The notes beneath the pieces were generated by a model. It did no database searches. It worked only from the letters and a program-made list of their open reading frames with translations, and had not been told where the DNA came from. From positions 32,001 to 96,000 of IMG/VR virus record IMGVR_UViG_3300024264_000011: DNA of 64,000 nucleotides. One strand, given 5' to 3'. Made by a program: the position numbers and the translations under genes. Within the stretch, counting starts at the first letter, position 1. Every line of letters starts with the position of its first letter. Source of the stretch: a virus. Positions 48,701 to 55,944 of the stretch are shown in pieces.

Positions 48701-51456
48701 ACAGTACCACCACCATTAAGATCTTCCGATTCTACTACTAGTTCTGGAATCTCTTCTTCTTTTGTTACACCAGGAATTTCAAAGTATAACTTGAAGAATG
48801 AGTTGCCGGATGTACTAAATCTTGTTTTAGAACTTGCCCATGATGTCTCATCCTTCGTAGCAGTTTCACCTAAGTTAACTTCCCAAGTAGTATCAGTAGC
48901 AATAGGATAAAGTTCTGAATACTGCGACTCCTTACTAATACCTGCGGGAGGAATGAGAGCAGTGATTTTACCAAATGCAGATGGTGGGTCAGCTTGGAAC
49001 TTATGTCCTGCTGCCCTGAGCGAAATTTGACCGAAGTTGGAGTTAGAGTTGGTGATTGACATATCACCACCATTAACTGCTAAGAATTGGTCTGCGTAAC
49101 CAACTGCGAAAACAGAAACGACCTGAATAAATGCACTGTTGGATGCCTTGATGTGGAAGTGTCTCCAATCATGTCTATATTCAGCATCTGGGTCAGCATA
49201 AACTGGACCTCTCTGAGTCGTATTGTTTGGATCAACAGCAGGGTTGTTTACGACACTATCATTGTCTGCATTAGTTGCTGAACCACTGGTATAAACTTTA
49301 CCAGTTTTGTTTCTTGGTTGCCAATATGCGTTAGGGTCTTTCTGAAGCGAGATACCCGTGAACTGTGCAACAACCATCGACTTGAAGCTGTTTGCTTTAA
49401 CCTTGCTTCCATCGGTATGCATACCGTTGAGACCAAGAACAGAACGTAGCGAACAGTTGAAGATATATGGTGAACAAGAATTAACGGTATCGATTGTCTT
49501 CGTAGATGAAGAATCACCAACAATCTGGAATTCTTCTGTACGAACTACTCTGTTGTTACCACCGTCAATTGTTGTATCCCATGCGTCAATTCTCTTATAG
49601 TATCTCTCTAGTTCACCGTCAGTTGTTCTCTGGTCAGCATATGTGAAGGAAACAACTCTGTGGTGAGAATGTGCATTAGGTAGGTTACCATTTACATCTG
49701 GTGTTAGTGACCATGTTCCAGAATACTCAGTAAATGTTGGAATACCACTTCCATCATACTGAACCTTGACTGTTGGAGTGCTCTTAGCATCCTTAAAGGT
49801 CATCTGCCAGAAATAACAACCACCAGTTACCTTAAAGATTGCAGTCTGGTGTGCAACTGGTACAGTCTTCTTAATTAGATCGTTATATGTATCTGGGTTA
49901 CCAACGATGGTTGTCATCGCTAGAGTTAAAGTATTGACTGCATCCCTAGCTTCAGCACACTCATTTGCAGCTGTCTCATTACCATTATAATCTACATTAT
50001 TATTAATGTCTGGTCTCCATACAGTCTTATTGTAGGTAGTACTACCAGCAGTGATTGATGTTAATTCATTATAGTATGATCCAAGAGATGTATCACCATG
50101 AGTAGATGTACCATTACCATTATTATTCCACTGACTTTGGATATCATAGTCTAAAGCTGCCTTCATGATATCGCGTGCTTTATTATAAGCAGCAATAGCA
50201 GCAGTTCTTTCGGTAGAATTATTATTACCTAGATTAATAGTGGTTGAACCATTGGTGTAATATTCACCAGCAATAAATGTATTTGCGTTACCACCTTCTC
50301 TCAAGTCACGAATAACTGAATCGATGAAGTAACCGATATCTCTCCTACATTTTTCATTAATATCAGATTCGGATGGATATGTATTCTTGATATGTAACCA
50401 AGCTTGTTCTTGAATATATCCACGACATTTTTCAATAATAGTAGCAGCGTCATAATTGACTGAGCTTACCTGATAAGAATCACCATCAATTGCACCACCA
50501 TCAAGGTTTGGTGTTGGAACGAACTTAGGACGAATAACAGTCTTTCTGAGGTCATAACCTACAACAGAAGTACCTCTTGGAACGATGACACCACCGTTTC
50601 TTGGGTTGAATCTGTAAAGGTTTGCTTCAAATGAAGTTTGTTCGTGAAGAATACCACCAGTGGTTGCTGATACAAATGTATGAGATGCTCTCTCTGCAGG
50701 ATTGGCGGTCTCACCAACGTCAACAGTAAATGTGTTGGTTGTTATGTTAGAAACACTTAACCAAGTATCGTAAGCTGGGTCTGTTACGCGAGGATACGAG
50801 TGTTGGGTAGCATCACTATCTAGAGCGCATGTAAATGTTAAAGATCCAACTGTCAATTTAACACGATCACCATTCGAGAAACCATGATTAGGAACGGTAA
50901 TTACGGAAAGACCTGTAGCCGGGTCGTAAGTAGCAGTTGTAGCAGTATATGTACCATCGGTTACTGGTGATGTGACAACATCATAACCTGGTCTATTATC
51001 AATGGTGTAATCACCAGGCATAACCATAATGGTATATGCTTCAAATCTATCATCAGCACCCGAAACATAACTCTTTCTCGATGCTTCGATAAGTGCTCTT
51101 TCAATAGTTTTGAAAGGCTGGTTTAGATTACCACCATCATTTGACGACGAGTCTGATGCGTTCTTATCAGACTGGTTAACATACATGATAACGTTGATTG
51201 CGTTATCAAAGTCTGGGTTAGTACCACCAAGAATAGTACCATTACCAGAAATAATCTGACCGTCTCCTTTAATTCTGAGACGTTCTACGCCAGATGTTGA
51301 AAAAGCGATCTCATTCGTCGCTGGTTGGTACATACCTGTACCATCATCGCTAGAGTTATCAAAAGATAACGCTGGATTAGTGGGTGTATTATCACTATCA
51401 AACTTAATTACAATACCAGGTGCTATACCACCTGACGTAACTCTTGTTAGAGCCAT
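36754..51456 (-). CDS. Giant virion structural / fibre protein (4900 aa)
   Basis: 14.7-kb uninterrupted ORF after a late promoter. Motifs YVNQSD...PFKTIERALIE, SPYIFNCS, SITNSNSNFG and RPSILRASSHTWEYIG.GPGNYS are shared in pattern with the 1945-aa protein. Confidence 0.88.
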   Translation of the reverse strand: MALTRVTSGGIAPGIVIKFDSDNTPTNPALSFDNSSDDGTGMYQPATNEIAFSTSGVERLRIKGDGQIISGNGTILGGTNPDFDNAINVIMYVNQSDKNASDSSSNDGGNLNQPFKTIERALIEASRKSYVSGADDRFEAYTIMVMPGDYTIDNRPGYDVVTSPVTDGTYTATTATYDPATGLSVITVPNHGFSNGDRVKLTVGSLTFTCALDSDATQHSYPRVTDPAYDTWLSVSNITTNTFTVDVGETANPAERASHTFVSATTGGILHEQTSFEANLYRFNPRNGGVIVPRGTSVVGYDLRKTVIRPKFVPTPNLDGGAIDGDSYQVSSVNYDAATIIEKCRGYIQEQAWLHIKNTYPSESDINEKCRRDIGYFIDSVIRDLREGGNANTFIAGEYYTNGSTTINLGNNNSTERTAAIAAYNKARDIMKAALDYDIQSQWNNNGNGTSTHGDTSLGSYYNELTSITAGSTTYNKTVWRPDINNNVDYNGNETAANECAEARDAVNTLTLAMTTIVGNPDTYNDLIKKTVPVAHQTAIFKVTGGCYFWQMTFKDAKSTPTVKVQYDGSGIPTFTEYSGTWSLTPDVNGNLPNAHSHHRVVSFTYADQRTTDGELERYYKRIDAWDTTIDGGNNRVVRTEEFQIVGDSSSTKTIDTVNSCSPYIFNCSLRSVLGLNGMHTDGSKVKANSFKSMVVAQFTGISLQKDPNAYWQPRNKTGKVYTSGSATNADNDSVVNNPAVDPNNTTQRGPVYADPDAEYRHDWRHFHIKASNSAFIQVVSVFAVGYADQFLAVNGGDMSITNSNSNFGQISLRAAGHKFQADPPSAFGKITALIPPAGISKESQYSELYPIATDTTWEVNLGETATKDETSWASSKTRFSTSGNSFFKLYFEIPGVTKEEEIPELVVESEDLNGGGTVVKRFLTYGSGNNYNLFREYYDTSGVLSANDCVIVNQVDGEGGGLSTYEATVSIATSTNDSETKNHERVGYKWDRVRQKVYVELDSTKSNTRTYVSEFIFADIVETTFVTETITNDDGSTSVVSTTKDINVLEYWEGFPGSVTTAKLLDQRASTPNDLLWRVKYIIPKNYVNTDGEKITPKPPEKRFIIQGTSPQNDKDGVPYTNYRFTIWDVQEVQTWQAGVRDGEYYLTILRADIDKFIDGSDGTGYENTPHVLQREDNNDIIIADRLSELSFDDRNYRVSSNVNYLYPSTNEEGNIGNPRVLWNPPQTDSRVIVEQMPGDTSSNANYFGFRPKDVSVPNKKYHKSNDNSTPFHEVPALTSLTAEACHRLVKALDLCYIKSTAGTEVNVKVAPVASWDDRASDTSNYSTVSTSFNVYGTATSSQSYRIGQGTSTITDQNSVDANKYGFALSDEERKIPVCSATTSTISGTHDAVTGNTPGNHPQSIAPVVPLLRPSILRASSHTWEYIGIGPGNYSTGFPNLQTRVLKAYEQFIAQGYENAGGFVASSGTNSAGDFYIGNQVIQAGGQSTTTLNVPKVRKSSESNAVDVSDLENRIANNVINVIASPNKSSAQQNLLKGLSNFFTTARLTVTDRANIQTLYVTDRMFIANNSILNGEKFPEGGPEGYGFTKGARPEKTGYIATDTNDRLYVSPKFLDAWRIKKKILSATNINLDNNRVYIEPLSRTFTSAKKNDESLTTALAEPITLTGSINGTGAISSVTLSGQNSGSSLDDVIKVGMRVAQTNRNKDKIKEEAVVTSVTSTTIQLAYVNSDTTASFASGSSIDMFAVDQLELVDTSGMPPFGRIDVEQTLDHVTSKDYIEISNVKYYLNPVINISLQYDEVDYTTNTVSVSTSQNFAAYENYVNSVLPEATQYDLHTIIKNYPSVVQVIEDSEELLDPKYLYGALVNGGTTGVSASVSSTVVGEGGTETDGSGNNGVLVNIATNFHAKLPSRGAVTFRKVDGGQTKYSTFVYVKRTSPGISLLRKVTTQSNNDTGISYTSSDGSEIYFSGSVTYSSYGDKWTVENAFIPDVEEISEDVDIESATLYELPTKPVPFTGRIDDTYTEGIVPNPVTSKALGANLQTKRTVKTFQPFENLKQVADFAQDAGFTQNDIVEVMMKPGYYRLYSDSDSEYGSQITFPCQLKINGSGSKKTTEQYSKELANEPAGRIGGYSNKTVKSGDSVSFYRSPKFSNSWGGRTDLLYINSVGDRLESTGGINIENVHFLGLNESITRNEILDNAYSTDSYTVSARRRVRKAWYVKESKDFDNSTSATGGVSGGMSFQTKYTGTNSTGQGSFEYFINSGEITEDDRDEKSPTVDTTTKKSPNARYIKFKFERSKFSTNEARFNQLTEYVIPGTTLYYFPNQSGQTQDASTKRTRVLDVKKNTSTANSVTTIDSIEVICAVFEPSNTTRTRGDADIDLSDIGMLDAGISSPNSLTSGIQIIFVNRNGDEFCTLTYNWCKQKRNQIVPKSMSTSGEGFDDSEYDIPVVFGIVAGYKSDTINLVIDTNPSKDSGGIRSFSRSGAANGSSSETSFTLTSSSTGVSTSGSGSGATFKVDIAAGNGGFYRYDVTVEELNAGTGFAVDDTVTILGTALGGTSPTNDLTLTVGSLYPAKKQYPATNLFTFYPSISVYLTNSGGTHLGEEYSVTIPGFANGYRRLYGRQDTRYVLFEVKASEMGALGDNDGVNGSVKGQFSGFGYQDINFNENSPNITVGDVTFTPKDRRRTTFASDQQFEAIAKYNLQQAGTGYRQSGSGLTTIGRRVTCNYAKNYKVNRKKFPTSTPPTVGNLGATLIKVSGVPGTSNTVKLVNCTIGAMSDANDRSNTYGGGYHGGLIAIDNGTVSLQGVRFRGNLSLDWSGLLTDNDARLSSENRFTYGHSVDLVETAGIINISKLGNSAYKELNVSKEDINYKYYTMFRDENNLYIEPNQLPTGEIVDYDSRTFPISTVNAIPKFNSTGQWNDTVDIYERFLTDKISTLASPSGDFSGRRLRFNNSSGLVIRASDFGRDEGGHTDGVRDLEPKTITFELPYNNTANKGKAEEVAKNIIPNFTEIIRNGNKDSVLGTVTSFEFYKKTDQNIAIFEIGYSGNVQYEGEDDMRGMDDGGTPTGDFDDFELQFLTKYIPSQRFNYVSTLTTRYIKRSNADASGHSKYELGFDEAQNQSIFANSKDFAIQKLGTGVSVSEEASGAVNIINFRKADTTGNNNDNDVRVILQTNIDNEVASCSIVSLGINNAQDDVLYYNGTTFTSVNESTFNGFKITMLETTSTRTSDTDTNYDMFAPGEVVNNVENASFLVNNFRETNLTSIKGELQRIKSIISPGSYIEYGGQYYKVAYSLPGRPYLGIHQYANPINAEDIRTSLVVRLEETSYEINYTKKRGDEVITRFYLYEDDNILRYWPTAGRAEIGELELCSFIKTYIDDNQGYKITLNRSNIDFWPSYIHDWDGLEIATAFEAGLDPANPTEAVPGVATGTVKSTPIKLADPVDTTSCTYKRVKSIGYINLDEEYLSKEGIKTQQRAFIDIYSSDDNLNQDLEKYEVGQIVSLPWRNLGVGSNNRGYDTGSGYTDKYHYTPSNIKVTVTTAEGDPGLSGSTNRLGDARISAYVTTDQPAYADIKDSTDKNDGHARLSNNLTSLHHIVQSSNTWSTGKTTHNIYDKIDPLTLIRGLTSFSTILGKPHADNNASSSSDNNAALVSGKTRQFTIAQDGDQDIGKGLVPGISILNVTGATAYWEENTTITSVTRSGSSAGSYTYAILANKEPLTALPANFPVAFDNRRYLEFELFNPLLGNLAVGDEFQIVPQFNTEGHAWRRHNEIFQSRISDIQKLTNTENGDAGAVIRLHLSDPFDYGSSGDNGKMDLNTYYATRYGTEQTNFITSAESRYFGFISINHGGWTFPRSGASYLPSNMARIFVDGGNGNSNKITLPNFSGRILAGDSFAYTYEASKVVQQISRDSYRDINKGRFYLRGISVEEGDTLSGLDISSINNIGVYDRFKNNGTYNVFHVRYENTKGEETDNYAFGNSNANSFWNGATFSEDQPTTKYRYSTSTIVDINSLTDNSNGFFVDIGGGTTNGDAGDYSSITGDATAIETALNQDFNNDTMGVYDVNGATQQSADPWRNSLVRSNSKAGVGCNIGFRVINNTVEQATILAAGTGYEVNDYILVEGAVFSYDNPRYPKDVYFYVSDVDSNGGVLSFEPRLALESDSYNSPNGSGSVLYARYDSTVAKFLIQREDSGTLTDLTSSDPHPFRSSDDTTTTAGSDGIYIPDNSIFIDTTSGSVVYLAAQVPTLEGELIDFNFNYQGGFTNGMKLIFAKPKPSLKRVTGTVVTVGTPGTDGYSEITLDSPDNILFKEYPDTTDWVSVSDIQISHTSDLFAKDGAVCKRIFHSEKGGTMEFNDYNIWNDWYRQGSQNKGYGIYGSHGWVGNWGRLSDGSRPIGFTSLGSLVVNWGRQRANSIWKTAQPVRPIWTHRGVTTDVNYNGAAFTPAQRYFYTNGTNSFFSSSFLNYLPEDNQVFDRVAYGNPINHITSTSDAIRMSLSTSKKFLREDWWSGRYYDGGFGSVTYQPHQWASTFDAIAESRITIPNRVSYQLQDLSFRKGDNGGNINWGSGRKTRLSEQITADYIQHYSAGPLNSAATNAADIFVDTGIRVRLSDRSSTDKHHKQTLVNKNASNTVTGNLRKGKLYNAGDVVPAGIYSVEAADNSNYASYARGSSITVTGFTITAGSTLVLRAYTTQIARGDQIYLRKPSSPTAGLAGYIYVGQVRYVGGGGGENDTNEIILSENLPTAIDSQTMTTSTDYELYYYRPQGLKTHDYEFDKYAPDGSSDGLSSKVGESVVSAGMAGSHNYNMSVIINKRNYNTSPTNNTLNTVKAVGNYWWYWGSSAAHKSIRVTAGDLSGLNWSQMNIMITRFNPKVHLEQAVTITSNPSTIRVNNVYI

Positions 51457-51490
51457 ATTTTACTCCGAGTGCTGGAACTTTACCTGGTTT

Positions 51491-51531
51491 TATTTATAGA
51501 CTTTTTTGCTTAAAAAACCCCTGTATTTATA
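51491..51531 (-). promoter_or_regulatory. Two T4-type late promoters
   Basis: TATAAATA on the minus strand at 51491-51498 and 51524-51531. Confidence 0.8.
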
Positions 51532-51579
51532 GGGGTTGATGGAGTGCATTTTTGAGAAAAATACGGATAAAAAATCAAT

Positions 51580-51603
51580 AAAAAAGGAGGACTAAATCCT
51601 CCT
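51580..51603 (-). terminator. Rho-independent terminator of the baseplate operon
   Basis: Minus strand AGGAGGA-TTTAG-TCCTCCT followed by TTTTT. Confidence 0.8.
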
Positions 51604-51740
51604 CTGATCATATTAATGTATTTTTGTCAAAAAGGCCTAGAGTTAATTTTGGCCTGGAATTTTTTTCCCGAGTTTTTTGTAACTAAAGCCCGATTTTCAT
51701 TGGGGTTTTCGAGAATTTATATGGTAGTTCCGCGATGAAA

Positions 51741-51926
51741 TTAGTAAGTATACTCTACCATGTCTTCGGTCAAAGTTTCGTTAATAAAGTTACACATCCT
51801 AGTAAATTCGTTACCAGTATTGTTTGGAATCTCTACTTCTTCTCCATCATACCCGATTAAAGTAACATTTCTCGTTAGGACATTTACTTTTACTTTGTGT
51901 AACAAAGAGTCTTGACGAACTTCCAT
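51741..51926 (-). CDS. Hypothetical protein (61 aa) downstream of gp5
   Basis: ORF track; SD AAGGA. Confidence 0.7.
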   Translation of the reverse strand: MEVRQDSLLHKVKVNVLTRNVTLIGYDGEEVEIPNNTGNEFTRMCNFINETLTEDMVEYTY

Positions 51927-51974
51927 AAGATTTTCCTTTTAGTAGTAATAGTATACCATATGAAAAGGTTAAAG

Positions 51975-54401
51975 TCAACCAATAGAAATAATTGGCGCTT
52001 TGACAACAAAAGGTGATAGACTAGTCTCTGCAAATAGACCTTGTGCATTATCAAATAACAATCCAGTAGTTGATTTGAAAGCAGCTCCAATAGTTATATC
52101 TAATGAAGCAGATGCTTTTGCAAATTGAGTTATACCTAATGTATTCTCAGAATCAACACCGAGTTTGTTTTCACTCCAAACACCCATACCAACCTGTTGA
52201 TGAGCACCACCCCACCATTCAGTTTCTGATCCAGTTTGGAAATAATTTGAAATTCCAATACCAGTATCAAATTTAGTTCCTAGTCTAGATAATATTTCAT
52301 TACCAATAGTCATCTCCATCATGTTACCAGCAGTGTATCTATTGTAAAAAGTTGATGTGATATTAAACGATCCCAATGCAAAGTGATTTTGTTCGGTACA
52401 GAATGTAGTTGCAATTGGAGAATGCAATTCGTATTGACCAGATGCAGACAAACCAATCTTAGAAGCAACAATTGCTAAACCATTGTTAGCTTCCAACTTA
52501 GAATCATTCTTGAAATATGTAGCATGTTCTCCCATGAAAGTAACTTTACTTTCTTGGTTAGCAGTTATATTATACATTCCGAGAACTTCTAAGTGATAGT
52601 CTCTACCAACTTTTAGATGGTAGTCACCATCAACAATCATTTTTACATTACCATGAACAATGACTTCTTGATCTTTAATAGTAACTTCTGTTTTCTTTGC
52701 CGCATTAGTTACTTTTACGTCACCATTATCATAAACATGAATACCAGATTTACTTGGACCATGTTCAATAACCAATCTAGTATTATATGGTGTGTCATCC
52801 ATAGCAACCATTGTGCCGGACTCAGAAAATGTTCCAATAATTTTTGAGTATTGTGGATTCCATTTTCCTTTCACGCCATCCATCCCTATTCCACTAATTC
52901 CTTGTCCGCAGTCAACAACTGCTGCAATAGAACATCCAGAAAAAGAAATGTCAAATGGATCTCTAGTATCTCTATTACATCCTATTCCCAATAGAGAGAA
53001 AATAAAATCTAGTATACTAGTAATACCTAGTTGTGATATATCCGACAAATATGACATATCACCAATCGCACTGATAGATGAGATGAGATCATTAACTGTG
53101 CTAAAAATATCATTAACAATATCAACCAAACTAAAAATAGCATCAAAAATAGCATCAAAAATACACTGGATCTGATCAATTGCATCCATGATTGTATCAA
53201 TCACAGACTGGATTGCATCTTCAATCGCACCAAAGATCATTTCAACAAGAGATTCATCCATAATACATGCAATCTCTCTCAAGATAAACATGATTATATC
53301 AGTTATTGTTTTCCCCATCATCGGAAAAGGAAAAATTGCTGCGACACCTATAGCGTTTAGAATCTTTGTAATTTGTCCCATCACAAAAGATTTTACCTGG
53401 TTGATTAACCACCAAATAGAATCTTTAATAAATTCAAGTTGTTTATCTATAAATCCTTTAATATCAACTAGAGAGTCTGTAAACGTTCCAATTACGTCTC
53501 CTTTCTTCGCAGTTTTTCCCTCTTGTTTTTCTCCAACATATTCACTTTTTAAAATTAATTTAACCTCATCACCCTTCTCATGATCTTCTGGTGTAGTAGC
53601 GTCAAAACCTCTCTTAGCTAGAACTAATTTTTTCTCCGCCTTATTTCCATAACCAATTAATTCTCCATTGATTTCTACAATACCTCTCTGTGGAAAATCT
53701 GTAGAGTCTTCAATTGGTATGGTTTGCTCTTCTTTATCTAGATCTAATGTTAGTTTTGATTTTGTATTCTTCTTGATTCTTCTGACATGACTAGCAGTAG
53801 ATACAATGTTAGTTACTGCATATGAAACATTAGAATCAAATGTTTTTTGTCCACCGCTTTTTCCATTTGCTATAGGAATTTCGTTCACAACTCCAGATGG
53901 ATTAGCAGCAGAGTGATCTGCTGCTGCAGCAGATACAGATGTCGAAGTTGCATCACGACTTGCTAGTGATTCTGCACTTTGACCAGTGTCTGTTGCATCA
54001 TTACCACTGACAGTATTATTAAATCCTCTAGGATAATCTCTAGCTGCTTGTGAATCTTTTTTAAATATTGGTTTGATTTTACTCAATAGAGAACCAATAA
54101 CAACTGGTTGCTGACAATCTGGATAATCTAAAAAGAATCCGATTACAAAACTACCAGGTTTTAATTGATTACCCCCAGATCCAACACCATTTGCTCCAGC
54201 AGAATCTGTTGGTGACATTACCATTGCCCATGGTAACTTAGAAGGCTTTTCTCCTGGTTTATGATAACCAAGAATATTTACCTTCACCCTATTCAGTCTT
54301 GCATCAGGGTCATCAGCATTTTCTACTGTACCCAACCACCAAGAAAAATCACCATTACCGATGAAACTTGATGTTGGAAGTGTGGGGTTAATAGTTGACA
54401 T
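51975..54401 (-). CDS. gp5: Baseplate central spike gp5-like protein (OB fold + beta-helix, no evident lysozyme domain)
   Basis: N-terminal WWLGTVENADDPDARLNRVKVNILGYH...LPWAMVMSP...GSFVIGFFLDYPDCQQPVVIGSL (gp5 OB fold); SESG...DDTP...RLVIEHG; C-terminal beta-strand repeats. Confidence 0.9.
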   Translation of the reverse strand: MSTINPTLPTSSFIGNGDFSWWLGTVENADDPDARLNRVKVNILGYHKPGEKPSKLPWAMVMSPTDSAGANGVGSGGNQLKPGSFVIGFFLDYPDCQQPVVIGSLLSKIKPIFKKDSQAARDYPRGFNNTVSGNDATDTGQSAESLASRDATSTSVSAAAADHSAANPSGVVNEIPIANGKSGGQKTFDSNVSYAVTNIVSTASHVRRIKKNTKSKLTLDLDKEEQTIPIEDSTDFPQRGIVEINGELIGYGNKAEKKLVLAKRGFDATTPEDHEKGDEVKLILKSEYVGEKQEGKTAKKGDVIGTFTDSLVDIKGFIDKQLEFIKDSIWWLINQVKSFVMGQITKILNAIGVAAIFPFPMMGKTITDIIMFILREIACIMDESLVEMIFGAIEDAIQSVIDTIMDAIDQIQCIFDAIFDAIFSLVDIVNDIFSTVNDLISSISAIGDMSYLSDISQLGITSILDFIFSLLGIGCNRDTRDPFDISFSGCSIAAVVDCGQGISGIGMDGVKGKWNPQYSKIIGTFSESGTMVAMDDTPYNTRLVIEHGPSKSGIHVYDNGDVKVTNAAKKTEVTIKDQEVIVHGNVKMIVDGDYHLKVGRDYHLEVLGMYNITANQESKVTFMGEHATYFKNDSKLEANNGLAIVASKIGLSASGQYELHSPIATTFCTEQNHFALGSFNITSTFYNRYTAGNMMEMTIGNEILSRLGTKFDTGIGISNYFQTGSETEWWGGAHQQVGMGVWSENKLGVDSENTLGITQFAKASASLDITIGAAFKSTTGLLFDNAQGLFAETSLSPFVVKAPIISIG

Positions 54402-54616
54402 TAGTCCTCATATATACGACATTCATCTGCTTCTGGGTTAGCATCACAATACATTTCAAACGTTGTTGGATCATGATGATCATTTGGATTATGTTCATGA
54501 TACTCTTCTAGATCATGAAGTTCTGATTCGATGTGTCTACGTCGTTGTGGTGAAATGTTTGGATCTTCAAGGATTTTTCTGTCCTTTTCGATATGGTCTT
54601 CGATAGATTTTTCCAT
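54401..54616 (-). CDS. cp12: Calvin-cycle inhibitor CP12 (phage type)
   Basis: C-terminal FEMYCDANPEADECRIYED is the CP12 signature. Confidence 0.95.
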   Translation of the reverse strand: MEKSIEDHIEKDRKILEDPNISPQRRRHIESELHDLEEYHEHNPNDHHDPTTFEMYCDANPEADECRIYED

Positions 54617-55944
54617 TAGTTTGTACCGTCTAAGTTTACTTGTCCTCCAGACACTTCGATATCTGGTAATCTACTACCGCCAAACGAGTCTCTTGAGAGC
54701 GTAATGTTAGTCCGAAGTTCACTTCTATTTAGAATGGTATGTTTGACGGCAGCTACAATATACCTCCCGCTGATCCTTTTGTCAATCTTTACGCGATCTG
54801 CTTTTTCTTTCTTTGGATCTGGGATTGCAATATTTATAACATTACCTGCACGATTTCTTAAGTCACCAGGAACCGCAATGTCTAATTGATTATATTCAAT
54901 GAAATAATATCTATAGAAAGCTTTCTCAAAGTTCTTATTAATATCATCTATATTATTTTTTTCCGAATCATCAATGTTCTCCCAGTCACCAAACGTACTA
55001 ATTGTTGATGGTCTGTAAATAAATCTACTTCCTCTACTCAACATCTGTCCTATACCACCAGCAAGATATGGTTTAGTTTTTTCTAAGTGAGAACTAGAAT
55101 CCCAGAACTCATCTGCATTTGTTCTAAAGACTCTATAAGTTGCTCTGTTAACATCGACATAGATAGAGTCATGACAAAAAGCACCTCTCCTCAAGTCATC
55201 ATAGATGTTGAATGCCTTTGGTGATGCATAATTCATAATACGATACTTATCAGCCGCAGTTAATCCTGGTCCAGTAGTATTACCTGGAAAATATGTATAA
55301 GTAAAATCTTTCTGGGGATATTCATCTTGATCCAACAAAGCATCTATAGACTTGTACCTGAATCCTTCAAATGTTTCATAGAATAAAAATCCAACAGAGT
55401 TTTGTTTATATTCGGGTACTGATCTTGTGGATAACCAATTGAAAAGATCAAACACTCTCCAATTTGGCACGTACATATCAAATGGGAAAACAGTTTCGTC
55501 AGCATCTAATCCTTTTGTGGAGAAACTATCTCTACGTAAAATTTCTGTGATAATTTCGTTAGACTTCTTACCTTCAATCCTTTCACATATTCTATAGTTT
55601 TCGTTTCTTATACCTTCTAGTGAAATGCAACTCAAGACATATGTTTGCGCTCTCTCCTTCATAGATCTACCATCTACCATGTAGACATAGAAGTTCAAGT
55701 TGTAATGATACCCATCACTGGAAATTATTATTTCAACTCTCTCCTGACCCATAATGGGCAAACTTGAAATTAAGTTCTGTCCAATATCTTCTATAGCAAG
55801 AGTTGCTTGAAGAGCAGAAGATAATATACTTTCATATAAAGTTATTTCTAACACCAAAGCTTTGATGTCGATCTTTCTTCTTCCATCCATTGAGTAAAGA
55901 TTTACCTCACGTAGAGAAAAATCTCCTGGGAATTGGTTTGCCAT
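54616..55944 (-). CDS. Baseplate hub protein (gp27-like)
   Basis: Lies between the tape-measure-like genes and gp5; motifs ITLYESI, LPIMGQERV, FLFYETFEGFRYKSID, IAVPGD...AGNVINI...SGRYIVAAVKH. Confidence 0.7.
   Translation of the reverse strand: MANQFPGDFSLREVNLYSMDGRRKIDIKALVLEITLYESILSSALQATLAIEDIGQNLISSLPIMGQERVEIIISSDGYHYNLNFYVYMVDGRSMKERAQTYVLSCISLEGIRNENYRICERIEGKKSNEIITEILRRDSFSTKGLDADETVFPFDMYVPNWRVFDLFNWLSTRSVPEYKQNSVGFLFYETFEGFRYKSIDALLDQDEYPQKDFTYTYFPGNTTGPGLTAADKYRIMNYASPKAFNIYDDLRRGAFCHDSIYVDVNRATYRVFRTNADEFWDSSSHLEKTKPYLAGGIGQMLSRGSRFIYRPSTISTFGDWENIDDSEKNNIDDINKNFEKAFYRYYFIEYNQLDIAVPGDLRNRAGNVINIAIPDPKKEKADRVKIDKRISGRYIVAAVKHTILNRSELRTNITLSRDSFGGSRLPDIEVSGGQVNLDGTN

Noticed and set aside
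36754-51456. Intein, intron or NRPS/PKS explaining the giant ORF
   Set aside because: I saw no splicing, homing-endonuclease, adenylation or ketosynthase motifs; composition is that of a beta-rich virion protein. An HMM search would be needed to exclude a small intein.
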